Origin: Limisphaerales bacterium | GTDB taxonomy: Bacteria; Verrucomicrobiota; Verrucomicrobiia; Limisphaerales; JAJOIW01 | Length of the DNA: 64,000 nt | Direction: 5' to 3' | Assembly: GCA_965657355.1 (NCBI GenBank) | Contig: CBFHOE010000002.1 | Span: 224,001 to 288,000 of the forward strand | Position numbers and translations under genes: made by a program | Shown here: positions 9,801-17,519 of the stretch, piece after piece | Position numbering within the stretch: the first letter of the stretch is position 1 | Layout of the letters: every line of letters starts with the position of its first letter | The notes under the pieces: model-generated | The model's database searches: none | What the model was told of the DNA's origin: nothing | The model's input: the letters and a program-made list of their open reading frames with translations, nothing else

Positions 9801-10527
9801 GGTTGAACTCACCATCTTTAAATGGTGGCAGAGGGTAATTAGGCTGAGCATTACCAAAGCGACTCATAATGGATTCGGTACGAGGGACACCTTCCTCAGG
9901 TAATTCTTTTATAAAAATATTTCGGAATGATATTTGAGCTTTGCAATCGCCATGAATTTGAAGTGCAATCAGTCCAGAATGATCCATTGAATCATCATTC
10001 TCTCTAAATACGGAAACTTTTTGTCCATTTATAAAAAGTAGTATGAGGTCTCCATCAGCAATTATCTCATAGGTATTCCATTGCCCAGGTTTTTCCACCT
10101 TAGAAATAAAATCAATATTACCTTCAGCTAAGAATTTATTTCTTCTATGTTCATCGTAAATAAACCCTGAGAAACCGTGCCCTATGTCCGCTTGGTAACC
10201 AGAAATATTTCGGGTTGTATTATCTAGCCATTTACTCCGGAACTGAATTCCCCCATTCACAAATCCCTCAGTGCCAATTAATTTATAATCTAATTTAAGA
10301 TGAAAATTCTTATAGGATTTTTTTGTGGCTAAATACTCATTATGGGGATTCCCATCCAAGGAACCACCGACAATAACTCCATTTTCAATACTCCAGACTT
10401 CATTTGTATTTCCCTGCCAACCATCAAATGTAGCACCATCAAATAACTCGTCTTGAGCCATGGCTAGTTGGTTTAAACAAACTAGGAAAAAGCAAGCGAG
10501 CGCATGTTTCATCAATGATAGGAACAT
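6826..10527 (-). CDS. PVC-type heme-binding (CxxCH) dehydrogenase-like protein: DUF1080 domain + SGNH-like domain + beta-propeller + HEAT-like repeats + cytochrome c
   Basis: N-terminal 'LFDGATFDGW...NGGIQFRS...IALQIH' (DUF1080); propeller motifs 'INLFASE...PVQISWDAEGRLYV', 'FRPVDVSVGPDGAIYLSDW' and 'RDKSHGRIWRV'; C-terminal 'CLACHQPDG...MPPM'. Confidence 0.85.
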   Translation of the reverse strand: MFLSLMKHALACFFLVCLNQLAMAQDELFDGATFDGWQGNTNEVWSIENGVIVGGSLDGNPHNEYLATKKSYKNFHLKLDYKLIGTEGFVNGGIQFRSKWLDNTTRNISGYQADIGHGFSGFIYDEHRRNKFLAEGNIDFISKVEKPGQWNTYEIIADGDLILLFINGQKVSVFRENDDSMDHSGLIALQIHGDCKAQISFRNIFIKELPEEGVPRTESIMSRFGNAQPNYPLPPFKDGEFNLLDNEIIAMIGQENFVREQRAGVLESILVSAWVDKKPKIRSMAWEADTVYEQWRDLNFGDWGDQLDAMGATMIIVQFGQMESLDGSERISEFVSAYHRLLDEFASRTQRIVLVSPMPFEKPRAKHAPDLTQRNSDVANYVEAIRLIAKQRQAHFIDLFNNEVIRSKELNLTNDGIHLNQIGLEVIGEQIAKGLGIASLSKSINDKLRDVIILKNQLWFDCWRPANWSFVYGDRVNQRFGKSGGNKPSLQKAFENQLPLVQRAEKIIYQMVVGKEVEELNLPQRQKSQDITIDTLSAIDQLKAFTVAEGYQINLFASEDDGVINPVQISWDAEGRLYVACSPSYPQSLASAIPSDYILVLEDSNKDGRADKHWKYADKLTMVQGIEPGNDGVYVCDFDKLLHIRDTNGDGVGDEREVLFSGFGIGDTHQLINSICYGPDGSLWFTQGLHAMSRVETPWGIARLDRSAVWRLRPKSLRLEGFFGGGMAGMNCWGVAFDDFNQVFHKSGDRPQGYWSVPGLVRGADPSHTSSDTISNESYKVTPYQYHPVGPLFDTSPKTTSLDIIGTKALPDDIQGTALIAGYFGSVVELHHFHDSGSGFKTTQLPKLVKSSNNAFRPVDVSVGPDGAIYLSDWFNPVIGHYQASYADPKRDKSHGRIWRVSSKNHKSVRQPKLVNMDFGQLLNQLKSSERWTRYQAKKLLFNSPTTEIIRAADQWVKANIDNDHALLEVVGVYVAHEKPNQILVNQLLESEDARIRSYGARIVGIWGNRLKDAYEILLKSARDIHPRVRLESVIAASYLQQPKSIKIVAEALEESMDPFLEYAMRQSTSALRPYWENSFRSGEITFNSDKQNNYLSSFLDKKYEPISPGERLYQNACLACHQPDGNGLTGIYPPLTKSRWVQSDKKESLIKIVLHGLKGKITVDGKTYGDKPGAVPMPPMSGMSDKEISQVLNYVRKTFGPGVSNIKESEVHEVRRSTKSRTSAWTEKELQE

Positions 10528-10671
10528 TCGAATAGATTACAAAACGATATCATTATTGAAAACGGTAAACGGTTCTATCCCACTGATTTTATTTAAAGGA
10601 ATTTTACATTCTTGAAAAAATAGAAGTTCGAAATCCGGAAGGATTGGATATACCCTTTGGAAATCCTAAAT

Positions 10672-12600
10672 ATGAAAAACTTTATCATTTCAATAACGAT
10701 CTTTATAACCTGTATTAGTTATGGAAGTGCAGATAACAAACCAAATATACTTTGGATTACCAGTGAAGATAATAGTCCTTACCTGGGATGTTATGGAGAT
10801 GAAATAGCTCGCACACCTCATATCGATGCCTTTGCTCAACTCGGCTCGAGATACGATAACTGTTTTTCAAATGCGGCAGTTTGTGCACCAGCCCGGCAGA
10901 CTTTGATAACCGGTGTTTATGCAACAAGCCTCGGCGGGCAACACATGCGATCGGATGTTACATTCCCCGACCACATTAAATATTTCCCTGCTTTTCTCAA
11001 AAACAATGGATACTTCACAACCAACAATAATAAGACGGACTATAACGGCGGTCCAAAGGATAGAAAAGCTGGGCTGAAAGAAGCCTGGGACCAGAACAGC
11101 AATAAGGCCCATTGGAAAAATAGACCTGAAGGAAAACCCTTCTTCTCCGTGTTCAACTTAGGGCAAACCCACGAAAGCAGACTCTTCCCCAAAGTTTGGA
11201 AAGATAGAGAATTAAAAACAGATCCCAGGAATGTAACCGTTCCCAAGTATCTACCTGACACTTCAACCATTCGACTAGACATAGCCAGGTACTACGATTG
11301 CATCGAAGAAATGGATTCCAGGTTTGGAGAATTGATAGATGAAGTAAAGGCTGCCGGTTTATTTGAAGACACCATTATTTTTTATTTTTCAGACCATGGT
11401 GGCTCCTTGCCTAGAGGAAAAAGTTATATTTATGATAGCGGAACAAGAGTCCCACTTATTGTCTATATTCCAGAGAAATGGAAATCCTGGAGACCTACAC
11501 AACCCTCAAAATCTCTGGATCGCCTTGTCAGTTTTGTCGATTTTGCTCCAACGGTATTGAACCTAGCTGGTCTTAAAATCCCTGATTACATACAAGGCAT
11601 TCCCTTCCTGGGACCTGATAGCGGAAAAGAAAGAGATTATGTATTTACTTTTCGAGGAAGAAGAGGTGAGAGGTATAACATAATGAGAGGTGTCAGAAGC
11701 AAAAATTTTCTCTATATAAGAAACTTTACCCCTCACGAACCTCTATTCGAACACAATGGTTACTCATTCGGGATCCCCAGCTATACCGATTGGGCCAAAA
11801 ATTACTTGAAATCCTTTTATGACAGTCATCATGCTATCTCAAGTATTCCTATATCCACAGATTCCAAAAACACGCTTTCAAGCCCAGAATTTCTTTTTTA
11901 TGCACATGAAGAAAATGGGCCGTTTCTTGAAGAATCTAACAAGTGGAAGAAAATTATAAGCTCCGATGTATCAAAGCTTAAACAGAGTGAAATCTCTTTC
12001 TTAAAATCCCAGCATAAAAAAGCTTTGAAAAACCACATCATCGCCACCAAAGATAGCGTTTTTTATGCTGAGGGATTAGGGTCCCGCAATTATTGGAGTT
12101 TTCAAAACGAGCAAGCATACCCCATCAAGGACCTTTACGAACTTATCGATTTTATTCAATGTAACGAAAAGAAAAAAACTTTGACCGACGAGATAGCTAG
12201 TACAAATTCACAGAATTTTATGCAAAAAAGCATAATTTCTCAAAATCCTATAATAAGATATTGGGGAACCCTTTGCAGCCTTAGCAAAGCAGGAGTCAAC
12301 TTACCCGACAAAGCTTTATTTAAATTATTGAAAGACCCGGAACCATTAGTTCAAATAATCGCAGCCAGAGCTTTGACCAGAAAAGGAATATTTGAATCCC
12401 CAATCAAATTATTAAAAAAACACCTAAATAGTCATGATGAAATTCTTCAGCTTTGTGCCATTCTGACAGTTGATTACCAAATGTTGGAAAAGAAAGACGG
12501 GGAGATTTTGGCATTCATCAAAACTATTGATAAATACTATGCTAAAAGAGTCGCAGATTGGATCTTGATCGATCGAAAGCTTTTAAGTCGAAAACAATGA
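10672..12600 (+). CDS. Sulfatase (Cys-type) with C-terminal HEAT-like extension
   Basis: 'PNILWITSEDNS', CAPAR(QTLITG), 'FSDHG'; signal peptide from ATG 10672 (ORF track starts at 10657); 'LLKDPEPLVQIIAARAL' looks HEAT-like. Confidence 0.88.
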   Translation: MKNFIISITIFITCISYGSADNKPNILWITSEDNSPYLGCYGDEIARTPHIDAFAQLGSRYDNCFSNAAVCAPARQTLITGVYATSLGGQHMRSDVTFPDHIKYFPAFLKNNGYFTTNNNKTDYNGGPKDRKAGLKEAWDQNSNKAHWKNRPEGKPFFSVFNLGQTHESRLFPKVWKDRELKTDPRNVTVPKYLPDTSTIRLDIARYYDCIEEMDSRFGELIDEVKAAGLFEDTIIFYFSDHGGSLPRGKSYIYDSGTRVPLIVYIPEKWKSWRPTQPSKSLDRLVSFVDFAPTVLNLAGLKIPDYIQGIPFLGPDSGKERDYVFTFRGRRGERYNIMRGVRSKNFLYIRNFTPHEPLFEHNGYSFGIPSYTDWAKNYLKSFYDSHHAISSIPISTDSKNTLSSPEFLFYAHEENGPFLEESNKWKKIISSDVSKLKQSEISFLKSQHKKALKNHIIATKDSVFYAEGLGSRNYWSFQNEQAYPIKDLYELIDFIQCNEKKKTLTDEIASTNSQNFMQKSIISQNPIIRYWGTLCSLSKAGVNLPDKALFKLLKDPEPLVQIIAARALTRKGIFESPIKLLKKHLNSHDEILQLCAILTVDYQMLEKKDGEILAFIKTIDKYYAKRVADWILIDRKLLSRKQ

Positions 12601-14001
12601 CTAATCAATCACCTGAGCGGGGTATGTCGGCCTAATATCTCCTTTTTGCCCCCTTGGGTCTTCCGGAACAGGTGGGCATTGGTCAACTATCTTTTTTAAT
12701 TGGGCCAAGACTTTGAGCATTTCTGGATTTTTAGTAAAACTTAAATTATTGGCTTCCTCAAGATCAACTGGCACCTCAAAGAATGAGCCGCTGCGATAGA
12801 GTTTGAAACGAGCATTTCTGACATACTGCCCTGGTTTCTTTCCCCAATAGGGTTGGTAATGGCATAATACCCATTCCCGTGGATTGCCTATTTCTCCTTT
12901 GAGTTGTGGCAGAAAAGAGACACCATCCACGAGGTTTTCGTCGGGGATTTGAACTCCGGCAGCTTCAGCGAAAGTGGCATAGAAATCAGAATGGTCAACC
13001 AGCGATTTTTCTACGACGCCCTCGACTTTTGATCCTTTCCACCTTACGACCAAAGGAACGTGCGTTCCATTATCCTTCATCCCACCTTTACCACCACGAA
13101 TTTCACGGCCATTCCACATAGATCTCAAGCTTGGGTGCGTTCCATTGTCAGCAGTAAACATGATGATGGTGTCATCGCTAAGACCTAAGCTATCGACTTT
13201 ATCAACAATTTTCCCAACCAGTTTGTCCATGTATTGAACCATGGCAACAAAGTTAGCTTTTTTCTTATCGTATTCTTTTGGTTGCTTATTGGCTGTTTCC
13301 AAAGGCTGATCCCCAATGGTGTCCGGAGTGGGAACAAAGGGGTCGTGAACCAAGACCATTGGATAATACACAAAGAAAGGTTGATCTTTATTTTCATCGA
13401 TGAAATCGCATACAAAATCTGTAAGCAGGTCTGGGCCGTATTTTCCTTTATTCTGTTCTTTTGTTACATAGATTCCACTTTTCTCCAAAGGAGGATTCCA
13501 AAACCTTTCCCCTCCTCTACCTTTGTTGCCTTTTCCCTCAGTGACTTGCCATAAAAGGGATTGATTGAACCCGGCTTTAAGAGGACGTGTCGGGTCTTTG
13601 TGTCCTGGATGCTTTGAGTATAAACCATTGAGTTGCCATTTACCGGCAATAGCAGTCTTGTACCCGGCATCCTGAAGCATATGCCCGAAAGTTCTTTCGT
13701 TAGGGTTTAAATAACCAAAGTGGGTGTAGTTTCTAAAATTGTATTTTCCGGTCATTATCTTCACACGTGAGGGAGTGCAAATCGGTGTGGAATAACAATG
13801 ATCAAACCGTATACCTTCTGCAGCCATTTGATCTATCCGCGGTGTTTTATAATCCTCGCCTCCGTAGCACCCAAAAGCCTCCCAACTGACATCATCAGCC
13901 ATTATCAATATGATATTGGGTTTTCTGGCCTGTCCTGAGAGGGGAATTAGAAGCCCTAATAGGGTAAGAGATAGAAAATGAATGAAATATCGATTAATCA
14001 T
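12601..14001 (-). CDS. Arylsulfatase-like sulfatase (Cys-type), exported
   Basis: 'PNIILIMADD', CTPSR, 'AGKWQL', 'HDP', 'TADNG'; its stop codon directly abuts the convergent sulfatase stop. Confidence 0.92.
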   Translation of the reverse strand: MINRYFIHFLSLTLLGLLIPLSGQARKPNIILIMADDVSWEAFGCYGGEDYKTPRIDQMAAEGIRFDHCYSTPICTPSRVKIMTGKYNFRNYTHFGYLNPNERTFGHMLQDAGYKTAIAGKWQLNGLYSKHPGHKDPTRPLKAGFNQSLLWQVTEGKGNKGRGGERFWNPPLEKSGIYVTKEQNKGKYGPDLLTDFVCDFIDENKDQPFFVYYPMVLVHDPFVPTPDTIGDQPLETANKQPKEYDKKKANFVAMVQYMDKLVGKIVDKVDSLGLSDDTIIMFTADNGTHPSLRSMWNGREIRGGKGGMKDNGTHVPLVVRWKGSKVEGVVEKSLVDHSDFYATFAEAAGVQIPDENLVDGVSFLPQLKGEIGNPREWVLCHYQPYWGKKPGQYVRNARFKLYRSGSFFEVPVDLEEANNLSFTKNPEMLKVLAQLKKIVDQCPPVPEDPRGQKGDIRPTYPAQVID

Positions 14002-14175
14002 TGAGTCAGATAAAATGGTGATGGTTAGTGACTACAATACTAATGAAGGGAGCGATAAAATCAACGCTCCACATCCATCAAAATTAATGGGTGAAAAGAT
14101 TGATCTTTCCTATGGAATGAATACCCAGTGCGTGATATCAATAATCCTAATCCCAAAATTTCATTTAAGTTATCT

Positions 14176-15711
14176 ATGAACTCGAAATTAGAAATAGGGC
14201 TGAGACAAGGAGTGAACACTTTTACTATAATTGTAATAAGTTTGTTCATTTCACTCGGCAACTTGGCAAAGGGTGCGCAATCCAAACCGAATTTGTTATT
14301 CATCATTGCTGATGATCAATCACCTTTTGACTTAAAGGTCTATAATCCACTTTCAGAGTTGGATACTCCTAACATAGATAAGCTAGCTCAAAATGGAGTC
14401 GTCTTTGATGCGGCTTACCATATGGGAGCATGGGTTGGTGGCGTTTGCACGCCTTCAAGGCATATGGTCATGTCGGGCAGAACGGTATGGCATATTCCAG
14501 ATAAGCCCAATCGCAAATCTAATAACCCAAATGTCGCCGACCCTAATTTAGTGCCAGCTGACCTCGAGGATCATACGATGGCAGCAGTTTTCAATAGGGC
14601 CGGATATGAAACGATGCGCACATGTAAAAAGGGTAATAGCTATGAAGCAGCGAATAATAAATTTACGATTAGGAAAGATGCAACAAAAAGAGGAGGCACT
14701 GAAGAATCTGGAAGTGCCTGGCATGCAGATCAGGTTATAGACTACCTGGAGACAAGATCAGACAAAAAGAACAATAAACCATTTTTGATCTATTTTGGAT
14801 TTTCTCACCCGCATGATGTAAGAGATGGCACACCTGAATTGCTCAAGAAATATAATGCAACAAACCACAGAGATAAAAATTCATTTCCTAAAGCTCATCC
14901 TAAGCAGCCATTGCTGCCTCCAAATTATTTACCTGAGCATCCATTTCATCATGGTCATCCAAGATTAAGGGATGAGGTAAATGTCTCTGGTGTTTGGGAA
15001 AGAAGAGACCCGGTTACTATTCGTAATGAAATCGGACGTCAATTTGCTTGCAGTGAGAACATAGACATTCAAATTGGGCGAGTAATAGAGCAATTAAAAT
15101 CACAGGGTGAGTTTGAAAACACTATTATCATTTATACTGCTGACCACGGCATGGCGATTGGCCGTCACGGTTTGCAGGGAAAACAAAATCTGTATGAACA
15201 CACATGGAGGGTTCCTTACATTGTTTCTGGCCCAGGTGTAAAGTCAGGAATTAGGCGACCAGGAAATATTTATCTCTTGGACACTTTAACCACCCTATGT
15301 GACCTGGCAGGAATTAAATCACCGCCAACAAATGAAGGAAAATCATTTAAACCTGTGTTAATGGGCAATGAAGACAGAGTAAGAGATGTTCTTTACGGGG
15401 TATATTGTGGAGGCACAAAACCTGGGATGAGGTCTATTAGAAAAGGTCAATGGAAATTAATTAAATGGGATGTTTTAGATGGATCAGTAAGGCAGACGCA
15501 GCTCTTTCATCTCGGAATAAATCCCCACGAATGGATTGATCAGCATCAAGAAATAAAAGTTGTAAAACTCACTGGATTAAGACCTCACCCACTCCAAACG
15601 AATCTTGCTAAACACCCGAATTATCAGGAAAAATTAGAAGAAATGGAATCGTTACTACAAAAAGAAATGCAGCGATTAAATGACCCTTATAAATTCTGGG
15701 ATCAGAAGTAA
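14176..15711 (+). CDS. Sulfatase (Cys-type, choline-sulfatase-like), exported
   Basis: 'PNLLFIIADDQ', CTPSR, 'SHPHD', 'TADHG', 'GKQNLYEH'; start uncertain (14128/14176/14212). Confidence 0.9.
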   Translation: MNSKLEIGLRQGVNTFTIIVISLFISLGNLAKGAQSKPNLLFIIADDQSPFDLKVYNPLSELDTPNIDKLAQNGVVFDAAYHMGAWVGGVCTPSRHMVMSGRTVWHIPDKPNRKSNNPNVADPNLVPADLEDHTMAAVFNRAGYETMRTCKKGNSYEAANNKFTIRKDATKRGGTEESGSAWHADQVIDYLETRSDKKNNKPFLIYFGFSHPHDVRDGTPELLKKYNATNHRDKNSFPKAHPKQPLLPPNYLPEHPFHHGHPRLRDEVNVSGVWERRDPVTIRNEIGRQFACSENIDIQIGRVIEQLKSQGEFENTIIIYTADHGMAIGRHGLQGKQNLYEHTWRVPYIVSGPGVKSGIRRPGNIYLLDTLTTLCDLAGIKSPPTNEGKSFKPVLMGNEDRVRDVLYGVYCGGTKPGMRSIRKGQWKLIKWDVLDGSVRQTQLFHLGINPHEWIDQHQEIKVVKLTGLRPHPLQTNLAKHPNYQEKLEEMESLLQKEMQRLNDPYKFWDQK

Positions 15712-15738
15712 AAATTTACAGAACCTATAAAAATCACC

Positions 15739-16746
15739 GTGTCTTCTTATAAAAGTAAAATAAAAATTGCCTTATTAGGTTTGGGTCGAGCTGGAAAATT
15801 TCACATTCAAAGCATTCAAGCCATTCCAGACCTCAGGTTAATCCATGTTGTCGATAAAGATCAGAATAGAGCACAAGAAGTCGGGGAATCAAATGAATGT
15901 GATTATTCGACAGACTATGAGTCGGTCCTTTATAGATCTGACGTTGATGGCGTCATCATAGCGACACCTACTCATGAACATTTCAAGCAGGTTAAGGATT
16001 TTTTATCAGCCGGGATTCCGGTTTTTTCCGAAAAACCATTGGGATATAGCATAGATGAAATCGATAATTGCTTTGATTTAGCACACAAGCAAAACCAACC
16101 TTTATTTGTCGGATTCAACAGACGTTTTGACCCAACATTTTCATCGCTTGCCCAGCAAGTTCAATCGGGATGTATTGGCACCCCACAAATGATAAGAGTC
16201 ACATCTAGGGATTCGCCGCTTCCCACAATGGAGTATATAAAACACTCCAATGGTATATTTCACGATTGTATCGTCCATGATTTTGACATGCTCAGATATA
16301 TAACAAAAGAGGACCCGATTGAGGTGTATGCGGTTGGATCAAATTTTGTGGAAGGAATAAAAGAGTTAAATGACTACGATAATGTATTGGTATCTTTAAA
16401 ATATGAATCAGGCTTAATAGCCAGTATCGACGTGAATCGTTTTTCAGCATACGGCTACGATCAAAGAATAGAGGTATTCGGGAATAATGGAATGCTGCAA
16501 GCTCAAAACAGATCCTCAACCAGCACGATTTTGAGCAATGATAATGGACTTATTAAACCGAAAATTGAATATTCATTCCCGACCAGATATAGGGAGGCCT
16601 ACAGACTGGAGCTTGAGTCATTCCTCTCAACGATCAGGGACTCCGTGGAAGCACCAATTAGCCATCATGATGTCAAAATGAGCCATATTCTTTGTGAACT
16701 TGGCGAAAAATCGTGCAGGAACAATCGACCAGAGAGATTGCGCTAG
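15739..16746 (+). CDS. iolG: Gfo/Idh/MocA oxidoreductase, myo-inositol 2-dehydrogenase-like
   Basis: 'GLGRAG' Rossmann motif, 'SEKP', 'GFNRRFDP', 'SRD', 'DCIVHDFD', 'YGYDQRIEVFG', 'RYREAY'. Confidence 0.75.
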   Translation: MSSYKSKIKIALLGLGRAGKFHIQSIQAIPDLRLIHVVDKDQNRAQEVGESNECDYSTDYESVLYRSDVDGVIIATPTHEHFKQVKDFLSAGIPVFSEKPLGYSIDEIDNCFDLAHKQNQPLFVGFNRRFDPTFSSLAQQVQSGCIGTPQMIRVTSRDSPLPTMEYIKHSNGIFHDCIVHDFDMLRYITKEDPIEVYAVGSNFVEGIKELNDYDNVLVSLKYESGLIASIDVNRFSAYGYDQRIEVFGNNGMLQAQNRSSTSTILSNDNGLIKPKIEYSFPTRYREAYRLELESFLSTIRDSVEAPISHHDVKMSHILCELGEKSCRNNRPERLR

Positions 16747-16755
16747 GGTATTAGA

Positions 16756-17505
16756 TTATTCGACATTGTCAGGTTTGGGTATGTAAACCATCTCTAGTTC
16801 GCTTCCTTTTGCGAAAGGGCGATGAGCTTCTCCGTCATATAAAGGTAGAACAACTAAAACATTTGTTGCCAATTGTGAGACGGCACCGTCTACCCATTTC
16901 GGATCTTTAAAATTATCTTTAGCAACTCGAATTTTGAATTCACCAGTTTTGAAATCGGCTTTCCAAACTATTTCTCCCTTTGGCACACGCGAGTCGATAG
17001 TGGTTCTCACGGCTGTGACTACCTCTGCCTCAGTAGTTAGCTGGACCAATTCGAAGAGTTTGTTATCGGAAATCCGAGCCCACTCCCCCTCTAAAGGGAG
17101 ATCGACTAAGTTGAAATATCCGAGATTTGTCTCCAACATTTGCCCCTTCATTTCATTCTGAATGGCGGCTATTTGATCGTTGTTTACTATACTTGAAGAA
17201 AGTGAATTCGTCTCGGATGAGAGAATTGGCTCTTGATTACCTGAAGTATTGGCGCTGGTCTCAGCGTCTAGGACTAAGATTGTAAAGACTATGAAAAAAC
17301 ATGCGGGATAGCTGATCCCGAAAATCTTTTCATTTAATTTAGTAATCTTCCAATGCTTGAAAGTGTAAACTAAAGAGGCAAGAGCTCCAACCAATGGTAA
17401 TGAAATGGTGAATACCCAACCAATTTTTCGTCCAAATACTGAAACGATCATTCCAATCCAAGCGATATGGAATAACAAACTAAATATTCCCAATAACTCA
17501 ATCAT
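16756..17505 (-). CDS. Membrane protein (about 3 N-terminal TM helices) with a C-terminal DUF3506/EXECUTER-FBXO31-like domain
   Basis: Hydrophobic aa 1-79, Ser/Asn-rich linker, then 'TAVRTTIDSRVPKGEIVWKADF...RVAKDNFKDPKWVDG'. Domain call is by recalled motif similarity. Confidence 0.6.
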   Translation of the reverse strand: MIELLGIFSLLFHIAWIGMIVSVFGRKIGWVFTISLPLVGALASLVYTFKHWKITKLNEKIFGISYPACFFIVFTILVLDAETSANTSGNQEPILSSETNSLSSSIVNNDQIAAIQNEMKGQMLETNLGYFNLVDLPLEGEWARISDNKLFELVQLTTEAEVVTAVRTTIDSRVPKGEIVWKADFKTGEFKIRVAKDNFKDPKWVDGAVSQLATNVLVVLPLYDGEAHRPFAKGSELEMVYIPKPDNVE

Positions 17506-17519
17506 AGTAGATCTTTAGA

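Noticed and set aside
11800..12250. Frameshift or pseudogenisation of the 10672-12600 sulfatase, whose usual 'EELYD...DP.E' motif is degenerate
   Set aside because: The frame stays open to a HEAT-like C-terminus and I saw no better motif in alternative frames, so I treated it as divergence.
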